IMG/VR virus record: IMGVR_UViG_3300035529_000070
Location: 58,114-122,113 of that record
DNA length: 64,000 nt
Source: a virus
Reading direction: 5' to 3' (one strand)
Position 1 is the stretch's first letter; the number at the start of each line of letters is the position of its first letter. This document shows positions 49,600-58,165 of this stretch, one piece after another. The notes under the pieces were generated by a model that saw only the letters and a list, made by a program, of their open reading frames with translations, ran no database searches and was not told the DNA's origin. Made by a program: the position numbers and the translations under genes.

Positions 49600-50640
49600 A
49601 TGAAACTTTTTGATCAATTAACCAACGATTGGTATTTGCCATATGTTGGGAAAATTAAGACAGGAACAAAAGAATGGAGAAATGGTAAATCAATTCCTGT
49701 AAAATACAATTATTTTGTCATTTTCTCTGTTGCAAAACAAGGTAAATTAGAACATCAACTTCACCCAGTATTTAATCAGATTTACAATAAGAAAAAAGGT
49801 ATTCCGATAACTTTTCCGTCAGATAATATAGAAGATATTTTTGAAGTACATTACGCAGTATATAAGGGTTCTAAACCAATTTGCAAAGGTGACGGTGAAA
49901 AATATGAAAGAGATTTCAATGGTCAAAAAACAACTGGAGTATGCGACTATAACAACTGCCAATTTGCCAAACAAAATGGATGTAAAATGAAAATGTCTTT
50001 GAAAGTGTTGATAAGAAATAAGGAAACTGGTAAGGTTTTCACAGGAGGTTATTTTTCATTCTATAGTTCTGGGTTCAAAACAATAAAAACTATAGCTAAA
50101 AATTTAAGCATGGCTAAAAGTGTCTTTGGATATTTATCAGGAATACCAGCTTATTTAATGATGGATAATGATAGTACCAAATTACAAAATGGTGGAAAAG
50201 AATTTATATCAGAATATCATTATGAAAGAATAGATTTTGAAATGCCTTTAGAAGCATTAAAAGGAAAACAATTAACCATTAAATACGAAGGGAATGAAAT
50301 TGGTAATTCTGATGAATACGAAGAAGACTTTAACCAAGGATATGACAATAATTACAATCAACAACCGGCAAATAATTACAATCAAAATTACAATAATTAT
50401 CAACAACAATACAATTACAACCAACAACCTCCTGTGACAAATCCAGGGTATGAGCAAGGTTATGATTGGCAAAACAATCAACAACCACAACAAAATAAGC
50501 AAAAACCTAAACAACAAGTAAGAACTAATCAAAACACAAAAATAGAATCACAATTTGATATCCAAGAAGAAGATCCATATACGAATAAATTGCCTGATCT
50601 TGATGAAGATCCATTTGCAGATATTGAAAGTGACATCTAA
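49600..50640 (+). CDS. Phage Gp3-like (recombination directionality factor-like) protein with N/Q/Y-rich linker and acidic SSB-like tail
   Basis: LPYVGKIKTG...NYF...ITFPSD...YAVY..ICKGDG...C...C...C pattern; tail DLDEDPFADIESDI. Confidence 0.6.
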   Translation: MKLFDQLTNDWYLPYVGKIKTGTKEWRNGKSIPVKYNYFVIFSVAKQGKLEHQLHPVFNQIYNKKKGIPITFPSDNIEDIFEVHYAVYKGSKPICKGDGEKYERDFNGQKTTGVCDYNNCQFAKQNGCKMKMSLKVLIRNKETGKVFTGGYFSFYSSGFKTIKTIAKNLSMAKSVFGYLSGIPAYLMMDNDSTKLQNGGKEFISEYHYERIDFEMPLEALKGKQLTIKYEGNEIGNSDEYEEDFNQGYDNNYNQQPANNYNQNYNNYQQQYNYNQQPPVTNPGYEQGYDWQNNQQPQQNKQKPKQQVRTNQNTKIESQFDIQEEDPYTNKLPDLDEDPFADIESDI

Positions 50641-50657
50641 AAAAAAGGAGTGATAAT

Positions 50658-51785
50658 ATGCCAGCAAGAGCTCAATCATCTAGTAGTATTAAAAAAGCTG
50701 AATGTCTAGAATCTTATAAACATATTTATATTGAAAAATTAAAGAAATTCGAATCTGGTGCTGCGGCACAAACAGGAACTGCTGTACATAAAATTCATGA
50801 ATTATATTTTCAAAAAATAGTTCAATCTCAAGAAGAAAACAAACATAATGAAGACTTATTTAAAGAAGCAATAGAAACAGTTTTACAAGATGTATCAGAA
50901 GAAACCATCAAAAATGATGTGTTCAAAATAACAAAATCTTTAAATCCTGAAACGTATTTATATGAAATTGCATTAACTAAAGGTACAACTGAGAAAAGAA
51001 TAGCTATCGATCGCGATTTCAATAAAATAGCATATGATAGCAAAGATGCTTATGCAAGAGGTATTATTGATGTTCTTTGGTTTGAGGGTGATACTTTATA
51101 CATATTAGATTATAAAACTAATTCACAACAAAATGCAGATAAAAAACAATTGGAATTTTATTCTTGGCTAGCATATGAATATTATAAAAACGATAGTGAC
51201 ATTAATTTTGATAACGTAGTTTTATTATATGCTTATTTGAGATTCCCTCATGATCCATTGAAAAAGGTAGCTGAATTCACAACAAAACATATAAGAGAAA
51301 ATATAAAACCAGGTATTGTAAAAACTATAGAATTAGTAAATAATACAGATGAGTTTCCACCCAATCCTTCTCCACAAAGATGTAATTTTTGTGAAGTATC
51401 ATATGCATGTTCTCTATTAAGTGATTTAAGAAAAACTCCATTAAAACCTGAAGATCAAATAACAAAAGAAGATGCTAAACATTATGCTAAAATTTATTTA
51501 GTAGCTAAAGCGACAGCAGATAAATTAAAACCAATGGTAGAAGGATTTATCCAAAAAGAAAAAGAATTAGATTTAGGTGAAGAAATATTATACTTCAAAA
51601 CAACTAAACGAAGAAATCCTATTAAAGAAAACTTTATTCCACAATTACAAAAATTAAAGAAAGATCAACTAATTGATGAATTAAAAGTAACACAAAAACT
51701 AATACATAAATATGGTCTAAAAGCTACGGATGAAGATTTTAAAGACACAATTTCAAATAGGTTAGATTCTAGACCAAAAAAATAA
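50658..51785 (+). CDS. PD-(D/E)XK nuclease, AddB/Cas4-like
   Basis: RGIIDVL..YILDYKT, N-terminal Cys plus CNFC..YAC (Fe-S staple pattern). Confidence 0.85.
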   Translation: MPARAQSSSSIKKAECLESYKHIYIEKLKKFESGAAAQTGTAVHKIHELYFQKIVQSQEENKHNEDLFKEAIETVLQDVSEETIKNDVFKITKSLNPETYLYEIALTKGTTEKRIAIDRDFNKIAYDSKDAYARGIIDVLWFEGDTLYILDYKTNSQQNADKKQLEFYSWLAYEYYKNDSDINFDNVVLLYAYLRFPHDPLKKVAEFTTKHIRENIKPGIVKTIELVNNTDEFPPNPSPQRCNFCEVSYACSLLSDLRKTPLKPEDQITKEDAKHYAKIYLVAKATADKLKPMVEGFIQKEKELDLGEEILYFKTTKRRNPIKENFIPQLQKLKKDQLIDELKVTQKLIHKYGLKATDEDFKDTISNRLDSRPKK

Positions 51786-51793
51786 ACAAAAGA

Positions 51794-51816
51794 GCCCAGG
51801 GTGTATATCCCTGGGC
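51794..51816. other. GC-rich intergenic hairpin with no U-tract on the plus strand
   Basis: GCCCAGGG-tgtatat-CCCTGGGC. Confidence 0.6.
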
Positions 51817-51843
51817 ATAATCTTAACTGTGAGGTGAAAAAAA

Positions 51844-52128
51844 ATGGATCTATTAGAAATTTTAGATAATCATGTAAACGATTATAAGAAAATTAAAAAC
51901 AGTAATTTTAATTTGAATCCCAAACAAATACTAAAACAATTAGAGTCTTTTGTGAAAGAAGAGACGCTATTTGCACCCCAAGAAATTCAGTTATACATAA
52001 AAACAACTTTACTAAGAATAGATGCTATGCTTTCAGCTGAAATAGTAGAAGATAAAGATTTACAAATACTAAAAGACCTAAGAGGTTTATTATTAGAATT
52101 TTCAAATGCATATGATATTGATTCATAA
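51844..52128 (+). CDS. Hypothetical protein
   Basis: RBS GAGGTG. Confidence 0.6.
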   Translation: MDLLEILDNHVNDYKKIKNSNFNLNPKQILKQLESFVKEETLFAPQEIQLYIKTTLLRIDAMLSAEIVEDKDLQILKDLRGLLLEFSNAYDIDS

Positions 52129-52150
52129 AAGGGCGATATGCCCTTTTTTT
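52127..52150. terminator. Bidirectional terminator
   Basis: AAAAGGGC-gatat-GCCCTTTTTTT between convergent stops. Confidence 0.8.
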
Positions 52151-53094
52151 TACATATTCAGCTTTTTAATTACCTTTATATATTTTGCTATATCCCTAAC
52201 ATTTTCTAATTCTTTAGGCATATCAGATAATATCTTAGCCGCAGTTAAGGTCCACCCTTCTGCTTCAAGTTCATTCCCAGATGCCGCTATTTTCATTTCT
52301 AAAGCTTCAGAAGCAGCTGGCATTTTTAAATAATTAAATCCCAAAGCATAATTATCTTCAAAATTAACAGATTCGAATGATGGCTGAATCTTTTTTAATG
52401 CTTCATTTACATCAACTGATGAAAAATTAGAATAATCTTCAAAAAGATATGTTAAATCTTTCCCTTCTTCAAACACTAACTTTGATCCTTCTTCTCTTTC
52501 TACTACAGCCAACATTAAAACTCCCAAATGTAATTTTGAAACTTCTTCACTTTGATCATAAAAGAAAATCATAAAATTCTTTTTTTTATCTTCTGAATCA
52601 AACCATGGATAAAATTCGACCGTAGATTTATAATGTCCACTTAATTCTTCTTCCAATTCTCTAGAAGCTGCTTTCATCAATATTCTAACAAAAGAATCTC
52701 CTTCTTCAACATCGTTATCATTTATATGCCCACCAAGTCCTAAGGCGGTTTTACCTGCTAGCCTTTTTTCAGTAGCATTATCTGACCTAACCCCCATCAC
52801 AACATTTTGTTTTAATTTATCTATTGTTATTATATAAGGAATTACTTGAACAACATCTAAATCGTCTGGATTCAATTTATTGTCTGGGTCATCCCCTGCC
52901 TCTCTTCTAGTAACAAATTCCATAGTATCTGAAAAATCTGTATCAGATTCTCCTACCATTATCATTACAATATTGTCGTCCCCTTCTTTTACCCTCATTC
53001 CAAAAGTCAAAAGGTCCTTTGCGTTGCTAAACAATTTCTTCTTATTAAGGCATAACACTTTTTCATCATATTTGCTCACAAAACATACCTCCAA
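52150..53094 (-). CDS. NUDIX-fold predicted phosphoesterase (COG4112-like)
   Basis: QVIPYI...EKRLAGKTALGLGGHINDND...ASRELEEEL...VSKLHLG. Confidence 0.75.
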   Translation of the reverse strand: MEVCFVSKYDEKVLCLNKKKLFSNAKDLLTFGMRVKEGDDNIVMIMVGESDTDFSDTMEFVTRREAGDDPDNKLNPDDLDVVQVIPYIITIDKLKQNVVMGVRSDNATEKRLAGKTALGLGGHINDNDVEEGDSFVRILMKAASRELEEELSGHYKSTVEFYPWFDSEDKKKNFMIFFYDQSEEVSKLHLGVLMLAVVEREEGSKLVFEEGKDLTYLFEDYSNFSSVDVNEALKKIQPSFESVNFEDNYALGFNYLKMPAASEALEMKIAASGNELEAEGWTLTAAKILSDMPKELENVRDIAKYIKVIKKLNM

Positions 53095-53132
53095 TTTGAT
53101 TTTTATAGAATTAAATTATATAATATAATTAG

Positions 53133-53141
53133 ATTATAACA
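53133..53141 (-). promoter_or_regulatory. Extended -10 promoter
   Basis: Minus-strand CTATGTTATAAT, identical to the motif at 31173. Confidence 0.55.
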
Positions 53142-53179
53142 TAGTTTTCAACAAAAATAAACTAAAGGGAGAGTTAAAA

Positions 53180-53920
53180 TTGAGGATCAGTCCATATAAA
53201 GTAACATTTTATGTAGAAAAATTTGATATAGAGAAATTAGATAAATTTATAGATACCACCTATAATATAGGTACAACTACAGATTTTATAATTTATGATA
53301 AAGGATATATAAAACTAAAAGGGATACCTAAAAATAGAAAACCAAAAGACATAATTTACCCTCGAGGCAAATATTTTTATAATGGAGTAAAAACATTAGC
53401 CGCATGGATTGCATTATTCAAGAGATATAAAGTATCTTATAAAGAGTATATAAGTAGTAAACTGAATTATCCCATAGAAACTATATTTGTTCAATCACCA
53501 AACATTTGGGTTTTTAATGATGATTCATATGATTTGGATAACAGAATGTTTAAAAGAGTAAGAGAAGATAAAATAGATTTTTTACCTAAATATTTCTGGA
53601 CAACTTACAATAATATCATGAATGAATTGTTGAAGTATCAACCAAAAGAATTTTATGATAACATAATAAATTTTTCTGGATTAAACTCAACAGCCAAGTT
53701 TTTTTCTCTTGAATATAAAAGTAACATATTATATTGCAATCTAGCTATTTTAAAAAACGATCATAATTTCAATAAGGAATATAAAACTGTGTTGGTTTTA
53801 AACACTAAAAAAGGCGAGATGACCTTTCCATATTACAATACTGTAAGGTCTAAAAGCAATATGAGTTTAGTAGAAACTAAGAAGAAAATAAGGTCATTAA
53901 AACTTTCGTTGACAATATAA
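53180..53920 (+). CDS. Hypothetical protein
   Basis: TTG start with RBS. Confidence 0.6.
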   Translation: MRISPYKVTFYVEKFDIEKLDKFIDTTYNIGTTTDFIIYDKGYIKLKGIPKNRKPKDIIYPRGKYFYNGVKTLAAWIALFKRYKVSYKEYISSKLNYPIETIFVQSPNIWVFNDDSYDLDNRMFKRVREDKIDFLPKYFWTTYNNIMNELLKYQPKEFYDNIINFSGLNSTAKFFSLEYKSNILYCNLAILKNDHNFNKEYKTVLVLNTKKGEMTFPYYNTVRSKSNMSLVETKKKIRSLKLSLTI

Positions 53921-53938
53921 CATGGTAAGTGGTATAAT
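53909..53938 (+). promoter_or_regulatory. Near-consensus sigma70 promoter
   Basis: TTGACA-18-TATAAT with extended TG. Confidence 0.85.
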
Positions 53939-53944
53939 AATTTT

Positions 53945-54053
53945 AGGCAAATCTCGTTCCCTTTTCTTTACTTCTCCTTGCAATTAGTAAAGAAAAAGGA
54001 GCTGCGATATCAGCTCCTGAGATTTGTACTCCCCAATGAAAGGAGTAATCAAA
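53945..54053 (+). promoter_or_regulatory. Highly structured 5' leader with sequestered RBS
   Basis: Stems CAAATCTC/GAGATTTG, TTTTCTTTACT/AGTAAAGAAAA, AGGAGCTG/CAGCTCCT, TACTCC/GGAGTA. Confidence 0.7.
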
Positions 54054-55499
54054 ATGCAAATCATTTTTGAAAATGTCATTAAAAAAGTCAATCAAAAGGA
54101 ATTCAAAAAACTTGTTCGCGAAGGACAAGAGTTTTTTATAAGAACTTTTGAAGACTCTTACATTAAAAATTATATCATTTTTTTCAACGATAGTCAAGAA
54201 GAAGAAGTAATTGAAATTCAATCTTTACTGGAGTCTAAAGGAATAAGTTATGATATTGTTGACAAAAGTATTTGGGTGTCATTTGATAACTATATTTTAG
54301 AATCTAGATTAAATTTTGTTAGAGAAAAAGTAGAAGAACTTGGTTTAATGGATAATATTTTTTTAAATGCAGACTGGATTAAATATCCTGTTGAACTAGT
54401 AGTATTAAAATATAATAACGCTAAAAAGTTCAATTATTTTGAACTAAATACAGACTATTCAAAAGGGGACAAATCAGACATGTGGATGACAAAAGATTTT
54501 TTCATTTCTCTATTAGAATCTGAAAATGCTGTATATGACGAAAAGACAGACTCATATATTATCCCAGATAGTGAAGAAGTTTTCCCAACAAGAATTATTT
54601 TGAAACAAGATAAAAGAGGAGAATACTTTATTAAAAGATTAGACGGTAGTTATTTTTTAGATTCAGAAGGAAACAAAACTAGAAAAATTACAGTACAAGA
54701 ATTTTATTATTACCATATTAACAAAGAACTCAGAAAACTTACTAAGAAAGAATTTATTAACGCTACTCAAAGCATGATGGAATATTTTAACTTCTATCAT
54801 GAAGTTAAAGGGGAAAAATATTTAAAAGTACAACAAGCATTATCTAAATCAGAAATAAGTTCAGTTCACGGACTCTTTGAAACTATGGTTTTAGCTTTAC
54901 ACATGCAAGCACACTCAGAAAAATTAGGTTTTAAAACTTTTGGATTAACTAAACATTTTATAGAAGGATATTTAGGGATACATAGAACAACAGCTTTTTC
55001 TATATTAATAGCTTTAACAGGTTCTGGGCTATTAGAAAGAACAAAAGAAATAAAGATAAATGATCATAGATCATATTCTTATAAAGTTGCAGATCATGTT
55101 TTTACAAACCCTGAAGATGCCTTTAAAAGAGCATATTATAGATTACAAAAAATACAGAAAACAGCTAAAACCAAAGGAGTTAGTAAAATATTAGCAAAAC
55201 ACGTCTATATAACTTTTGGAGTTGAAAAAGGTGAAAAACTTTTACAAATGTCTTATGATTTTTATGAAGAACATTATGTTGGTAAAACATTTTTAGATGT
55301 AAATACCAATAGATTAAACTCTTCTATTAAAAATAGAAAACGTAGAGAAATTTCTTTTACTAAAAATCTATTGATGTTTATGAATATGGTACATAATCAA
55401 CCATATTTTGATAGCGTAGTTAGAAATTTCAGGAAAGACCATACTAACTTTGGCGATCCAACAATGGAATTTGTTTCAGCTTCGCCCGGCGGCGCCTAA
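54054..55499 (+). CDS. Rep-like/DNA-binding protein with C-terminal winged helix
   Basis: Probable start ATG 54054 (RBS AAGGAG); FGLTKHFIEGYLGIHRTTAFSILIALTGSGLLER..SYSYKV is wHTH-like. The Rep function is inferred. Confidence 0.45.
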   Translation: MQIIFENVIKKVNQKEFKKLVREGQEFFIRTFEDSYIKNYIIFFNDSQEEEVIEIQSLLESKGISYDIVDKSIWVSFDNYILESRLNFVREKVEELGLMDNIFLNADWIKYPVELVVLKYNNAKKFNYFELNTDYSKGDKSDMWMTKDFFISLLESENAVYDEKTDSYIIPDSEEVFPTRIILKQDKRGEYFIKRLDGSYFLDSEGNKTRKITVQEFYYYHINKELRKLTKKEFINATQSMMEYFNFYHEVKGEKYLKVQQALSKSEISSVHGLFETMVLALHMQAHSEKLGFKTFGLTKHFIEGYLGIHRTTAFSILIALTGSGLLERTKEIKINDHRSYSYKVADHVFTNPEDAFKRAYYRLQKIQKTAKTKGVSKILAKHVYITFGVEKGEKLLQMSYDFYEEHYVGKTFLDVNTNRLNSSIKNRKRREISFTKNLLMFMNMVHNQPYFDSVVRNFRKDHTNFGDPTMEFVSASPGGA

Positions 55500-55893
55500 C
55501 GTTGCCTTTTAAAAAATAATGTTTTTTCTAAATTTATGACATTAAATGTAAATATTAGTATACTACAAAAGGTTAATGAAATATAACCTTCTATTTTTTT
55601 ATGGATTTTTAAATATGATATTTTATATCTTAATTGAAATTATGAAATTCTTAAAGTTTTTCAAAAAAAATGATTTTTTTACACCCTTGATATTGAAAAT
55701 TCTTTTTCGATATCATAGTCATCGACTGCTCTTTGTCGATGACTAAATAAAAGGTATGCAAGCTAAAAAGATAGGCTTTTTTGGTATATATTATTTGTAC
55801 TTGTTGACCTAGCCTTTTAGCTGGTAGATAAAATTCATACGACTTATACCACATAAAATCTCAGTCGGATTTAACATTAATAGTTTATTTAGT

Positions 55894-55922
55894 TTGACAA
55901 AGGCTTTCAGGTATGATAGAAT
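55894..55922 (+). promoter_or_regulatory. Sigma70 promoter of the Hfq-like gene
   Basis: TTGACA-17-TAGAAT with extended TG. Confidence 0.8.
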
Positions 55923-55952
55923 TAAAATATAAATATAAAAGGAGTGATCAAA

Positions 55953-56450
55953 ATGGCTGGATACAAAAACAATAATTACAAAGGAAAAGGAAACAACAAA
56001 AAGAAAACAGAAAAGAAGTATAAACACAAACCAGGAACGGTTAATCCAATATTAGATATTCAGGAAAAACTTTTTAATCAGTTAAAAGACAAAAACAAAA
56101 TCTTGGAAATATCTATGAAAAACGGAGACGCTTATCAAGGAGTTTTTATAAAGCAAACTACATTTGAAATACTTATTAAATTAGGTAAAAAAATGTTAGA
56201 TATAAACAAATCATATATAAAATATTTTACTGTAGAAGACTTTAATTTAGATATTAAAAATCAATTGCTAACTGATATTACGGGATTAAAGTTGAAAAGC
56301 AAAACAAGTGTCGAATTAATTTTATCAGATGACACTACCGTAAAAGATTTTGAATGGTTAGCTGAAGATAAATTTGTGGTAGCTGGTAAAATGAATGGCA
56401 AAAACGAACTCGCAATCGTCTATAAACACGCTATTCAAGTTATTAAGTAA
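55953..56450 (+). CDS. hfq: Tandem two-domain Hfq/Sm-like RNA chaperone with a basic N-terminal tail
   Basis: Domain 1 IQEKLFNQL..LEISMKNGDAYQGVF..FEILI..INKSYI; domain 2 ends LAIVYKHAIQVIK (Hfq YKHAI motif). Confidence 0.8.
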   Translation: MAGYKNNNYKGKGNNKKKTEKKYKHKPGTVNPILDIQEKLFNQLKDKNKILEISMKNGDAYQGVFIKQTTFEILIKLGKKMLDINKSYIKYFTVEDFNLDIKNQLLTDITGLKLKSKTSVELILSDDTTVKDFEWLAEDKFVVAGKMNGKNELAIVYKHAIQVIK

Positions 56451-56478
56451 GCTAAGATGGAAAGCGTTGTTAGTGTCT

Positions 56479-56510
56479 AAGGTGGGGCTCAATAGAGTTC
56501 CACCTTTTTT
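56479..56510 (+). terminator. Rho-independent terminator 1 after hfq
   Basis: AAGGTGGGGCTC-aata-GAGTTCCACCTT followed by TTTT. Confidence 0.75.
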
Positions 56511-56530
56511 ATTTGTTAGTAGGAAAATAT

Positions 56531-56555
56531 AAGATGGCTTAATGCCATCTTTTTT
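56531..56555 (+). terminator. Rho-independent terminator 2 (overlaps a possible TGGCTT-17-TATACT promoter, 56535-56563)
   Basis: AAGATGGC-ttaat-GCCATCTT followed by TTTT. Confidence 0.7.
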
Positions 56556-56571
56556 ATTATACTTATGTATG

Positions 56572-56746
56572 GTGGGGAAAAATTCCCCATAGTGTACATT
56601 AGTATGTGGGGAAAAATTCCCCACCCTCAACATGTGTTTATTAATATGGTTATAGGTAAGTGGGGAAAAATTCCCCATAGTGTACGACTGTATGGTGGGG
56701 AAAAATTCCCCATAGTATATAAATGTATGTGGGGAAAAATTCCCCA
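56572..56746. repeat. Five identical copies of the dyad GTGGGGAAAAATTCCCCA
   Basis: Starts at 56572, 56606, 56660, 56695, 56729 (spacings 34, 54, 35, 34); core TGGGGAA-AAA-TTCCCCA. Confidence 0.95.
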
Positions 56747-56774
56747 CCCTAAAAAAATAAAGGAGTTGATTTGA

Positions 56775-57515
56775 ATGAGTAAAATGGAGTTATTTCAAAA
56801 TGCAGAATTTGGGAAAATAAGAGCAATGGAAAGGGAAGGAGAAATATGGTTTGTAGCTAAGGATGTGTGCAATATTTTAGAGCTATCTGATGTAAGCATG
56901 TCTTTATCCAGATTATCAGAAAAGCAAAAGCTGATACAAACAGTATTTGTATCAGGTCAAAATCGAAATATTTGGACTATAAATGAATCTGGGCTTTATA
57001 AGTTAGCTTTTACCTCAAGAAAGAAAGAAGCAGAAAAATTCACTGATTGGGTAACAGAAGAAGTACTACCTTCTATTAGGAAGCACGGTCATTATTCCGA
57101 CAAAAAAATGACCAATTTAGATATGTTTGAAATGGCTGTAAAAGCTCTTAGAGAAGCAGAAATAAGGCAAAGAAAGCAAGAAGAAGAACTATACAAACAA
57201 AAAAATGACATTAGAATTTTGAATGCAAGAATAAATAATTTTGATAAATTAAATGTAGAAAACAAAAGGCAAAAACTTGTAAGAATGGTAAATAAATATT
57301 CCTATAACAATGGTATTAATATGCAAAAAGCATGGGGAGAGTTTACTAGATATTATAACAATGCATTTCACACTAATCTTTCAAGGCTTATAAATTCATA
57401 CAAAGAAAAGAACAATATGAAAAAATTAAGTAGGCCAGAATATCTAGAAAAAACAGGAAGTTTGGATGATGCATTAAGAGTAATTGATGCTATGCTAAAT
57501 AAAAAGGAGGGATAA
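56775..57515 (+). CDS. Bro-N domain protein (phage antirepressor family)
   Basis: FGKIRA..GEIWFVAKDVCNIL...INESGLYKLAFTSRKKEAEKFTDWVTEEVLPSIRKHG. Confidence 0.93.
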   Translation: MSKMELFQNAEFGKIRAMEREGEIWFVAKDVCNILELSDVSMSLSRLSEKQKLIQTVFVSGQNRNIWTINESGLYKLAFTSRKKEAEKFTDWVTEEVLPSIRKHGHYSDKKMTNLDMFEMAVKALREAEIRQRKQEEELYKQKNDIRILNARINNFDKLNVENKRQKLVRMVNKYSYNNGINMQKAWGEFTRYYNNAFHTNLSRLINSYKEKNNMKKLSRPEYLEKTGSLDDALRVIDAMLNKKEG

Positions 57516-57516
57516 G

Positions 57517-58056
57517 ATGGACTTGTTATTTATAATTAAAAAGGGAGACATATATGAGTTCTATAAATTTATAGCTACAAATAAGTATAAACATGTTATG
57601 CTATTCGGAGAAACTCAGCATTTGCCTCCCAATAAACATAAGGTAGTAATCAATGAATCTTTAGAAGATATAATAACTTCTATACCATTTGATACAAGGC
57701 ATCTAATAGCTGGTTCTATACATACTATGCTTATGGAAACAAATTATGAAATGGATTTAATATATAAAATGGAAGGATATGAAATTTCAGTTAGGATAAA
57801 TAATGATCATGAATTATCTAAAGATTATGATAGTAAAGATGAGAAAAAATTTAAAAATGCTGTTAGAGATTTTTTAACAAGAATATATATAGATATGAAT
57901 TTTAAATCATACGCGACAATGGCTAATGCTAGGAGGGAGTTTTATGCTACTCGAGATAAAAATAGACAAAGGCAATCAGAAAGAAACAATATACATGGAC
58001 GATCAAAAAATAATAGTAAGGGGAACTATACAAAAAGAGATACCAAAAGATATTGA
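57517..58056 (+). CDS. Hypothetical protein
   Basis: RBS GGAGG, coupled to the Bro-N gene. Confidence 0.6.
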   Translation: MDLLFIIKKGDIYEFYKFIATNKYKHVMLFGETQHLPPNKHKVVINESLEDIITSIPFDTRHLIAGSIHTMLMETNYEMDLIYKMEGYEISVRINNDHELSKDYDSKDEKKFKNAVRDFLTRIYIDMNFKSYATMANARREFYATRDKNRQRQSERNNIHGRSKNNSKGNYTKRDTKRY

Positions 58057-58165
58057 TGATTTAATAGATAAAATAAAGTATAATTTAATCTATCCTAAAG
58101 TTCAATACTACGGGGATGGATTTTCCATTAAAGCCAAAAATGGATATGTAAGATATTTTATGTGA
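57944..58165 (+). CDS. Small hypothetical protein overlapping the previous gene
   Basis: ATG at 57944 after AGGGAGGAG. Confidence 0.5.
   Translation: MLLEIKIDKGNQKETIYMDDQKIIVRGTIQKEIPKDIDDLIDKIKYNLIYPKVQYYGDGFSIKAKNGYVRYFM

Noticed and set aside
50330-50520. AATTACAA/CAACAA repeats as a DNA element
   Set aside because: Explained by the N/Q/Y low-complexity protein linker
50658-51785. Cas4 of a CRISPR system
   Set aside because: No cas1/cas2 or array; context is phage recombination
54063-54091. Antisense promoter for a countertranscript over the rep leader
   Set aside because: TTGACT is present on the minus strand, but there is no acceptable -10 at 16-18 bp spacing
55651-56027. ORFs 55651-55854(-) and 55809-56027(-)
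   Set aside because: No RBS; they overlap promoters, hairpins or hfq antisense
56572-56746. CRISPR mini-array or TIGR-like guide array
   Set aside because: Repeat only 18 bp; linkers 16-17 nt (one 36 nt) and similar to each other; no cas or Nop-domain gene adjacent
56358-56774. ORFs 56358-56747(-) and 56565-56774(+)
   Set aside because: Their periodic peptides (GEKFP/GKIPH/GNFSP) are translations of the palindrome array, and no convincing RBS was seen
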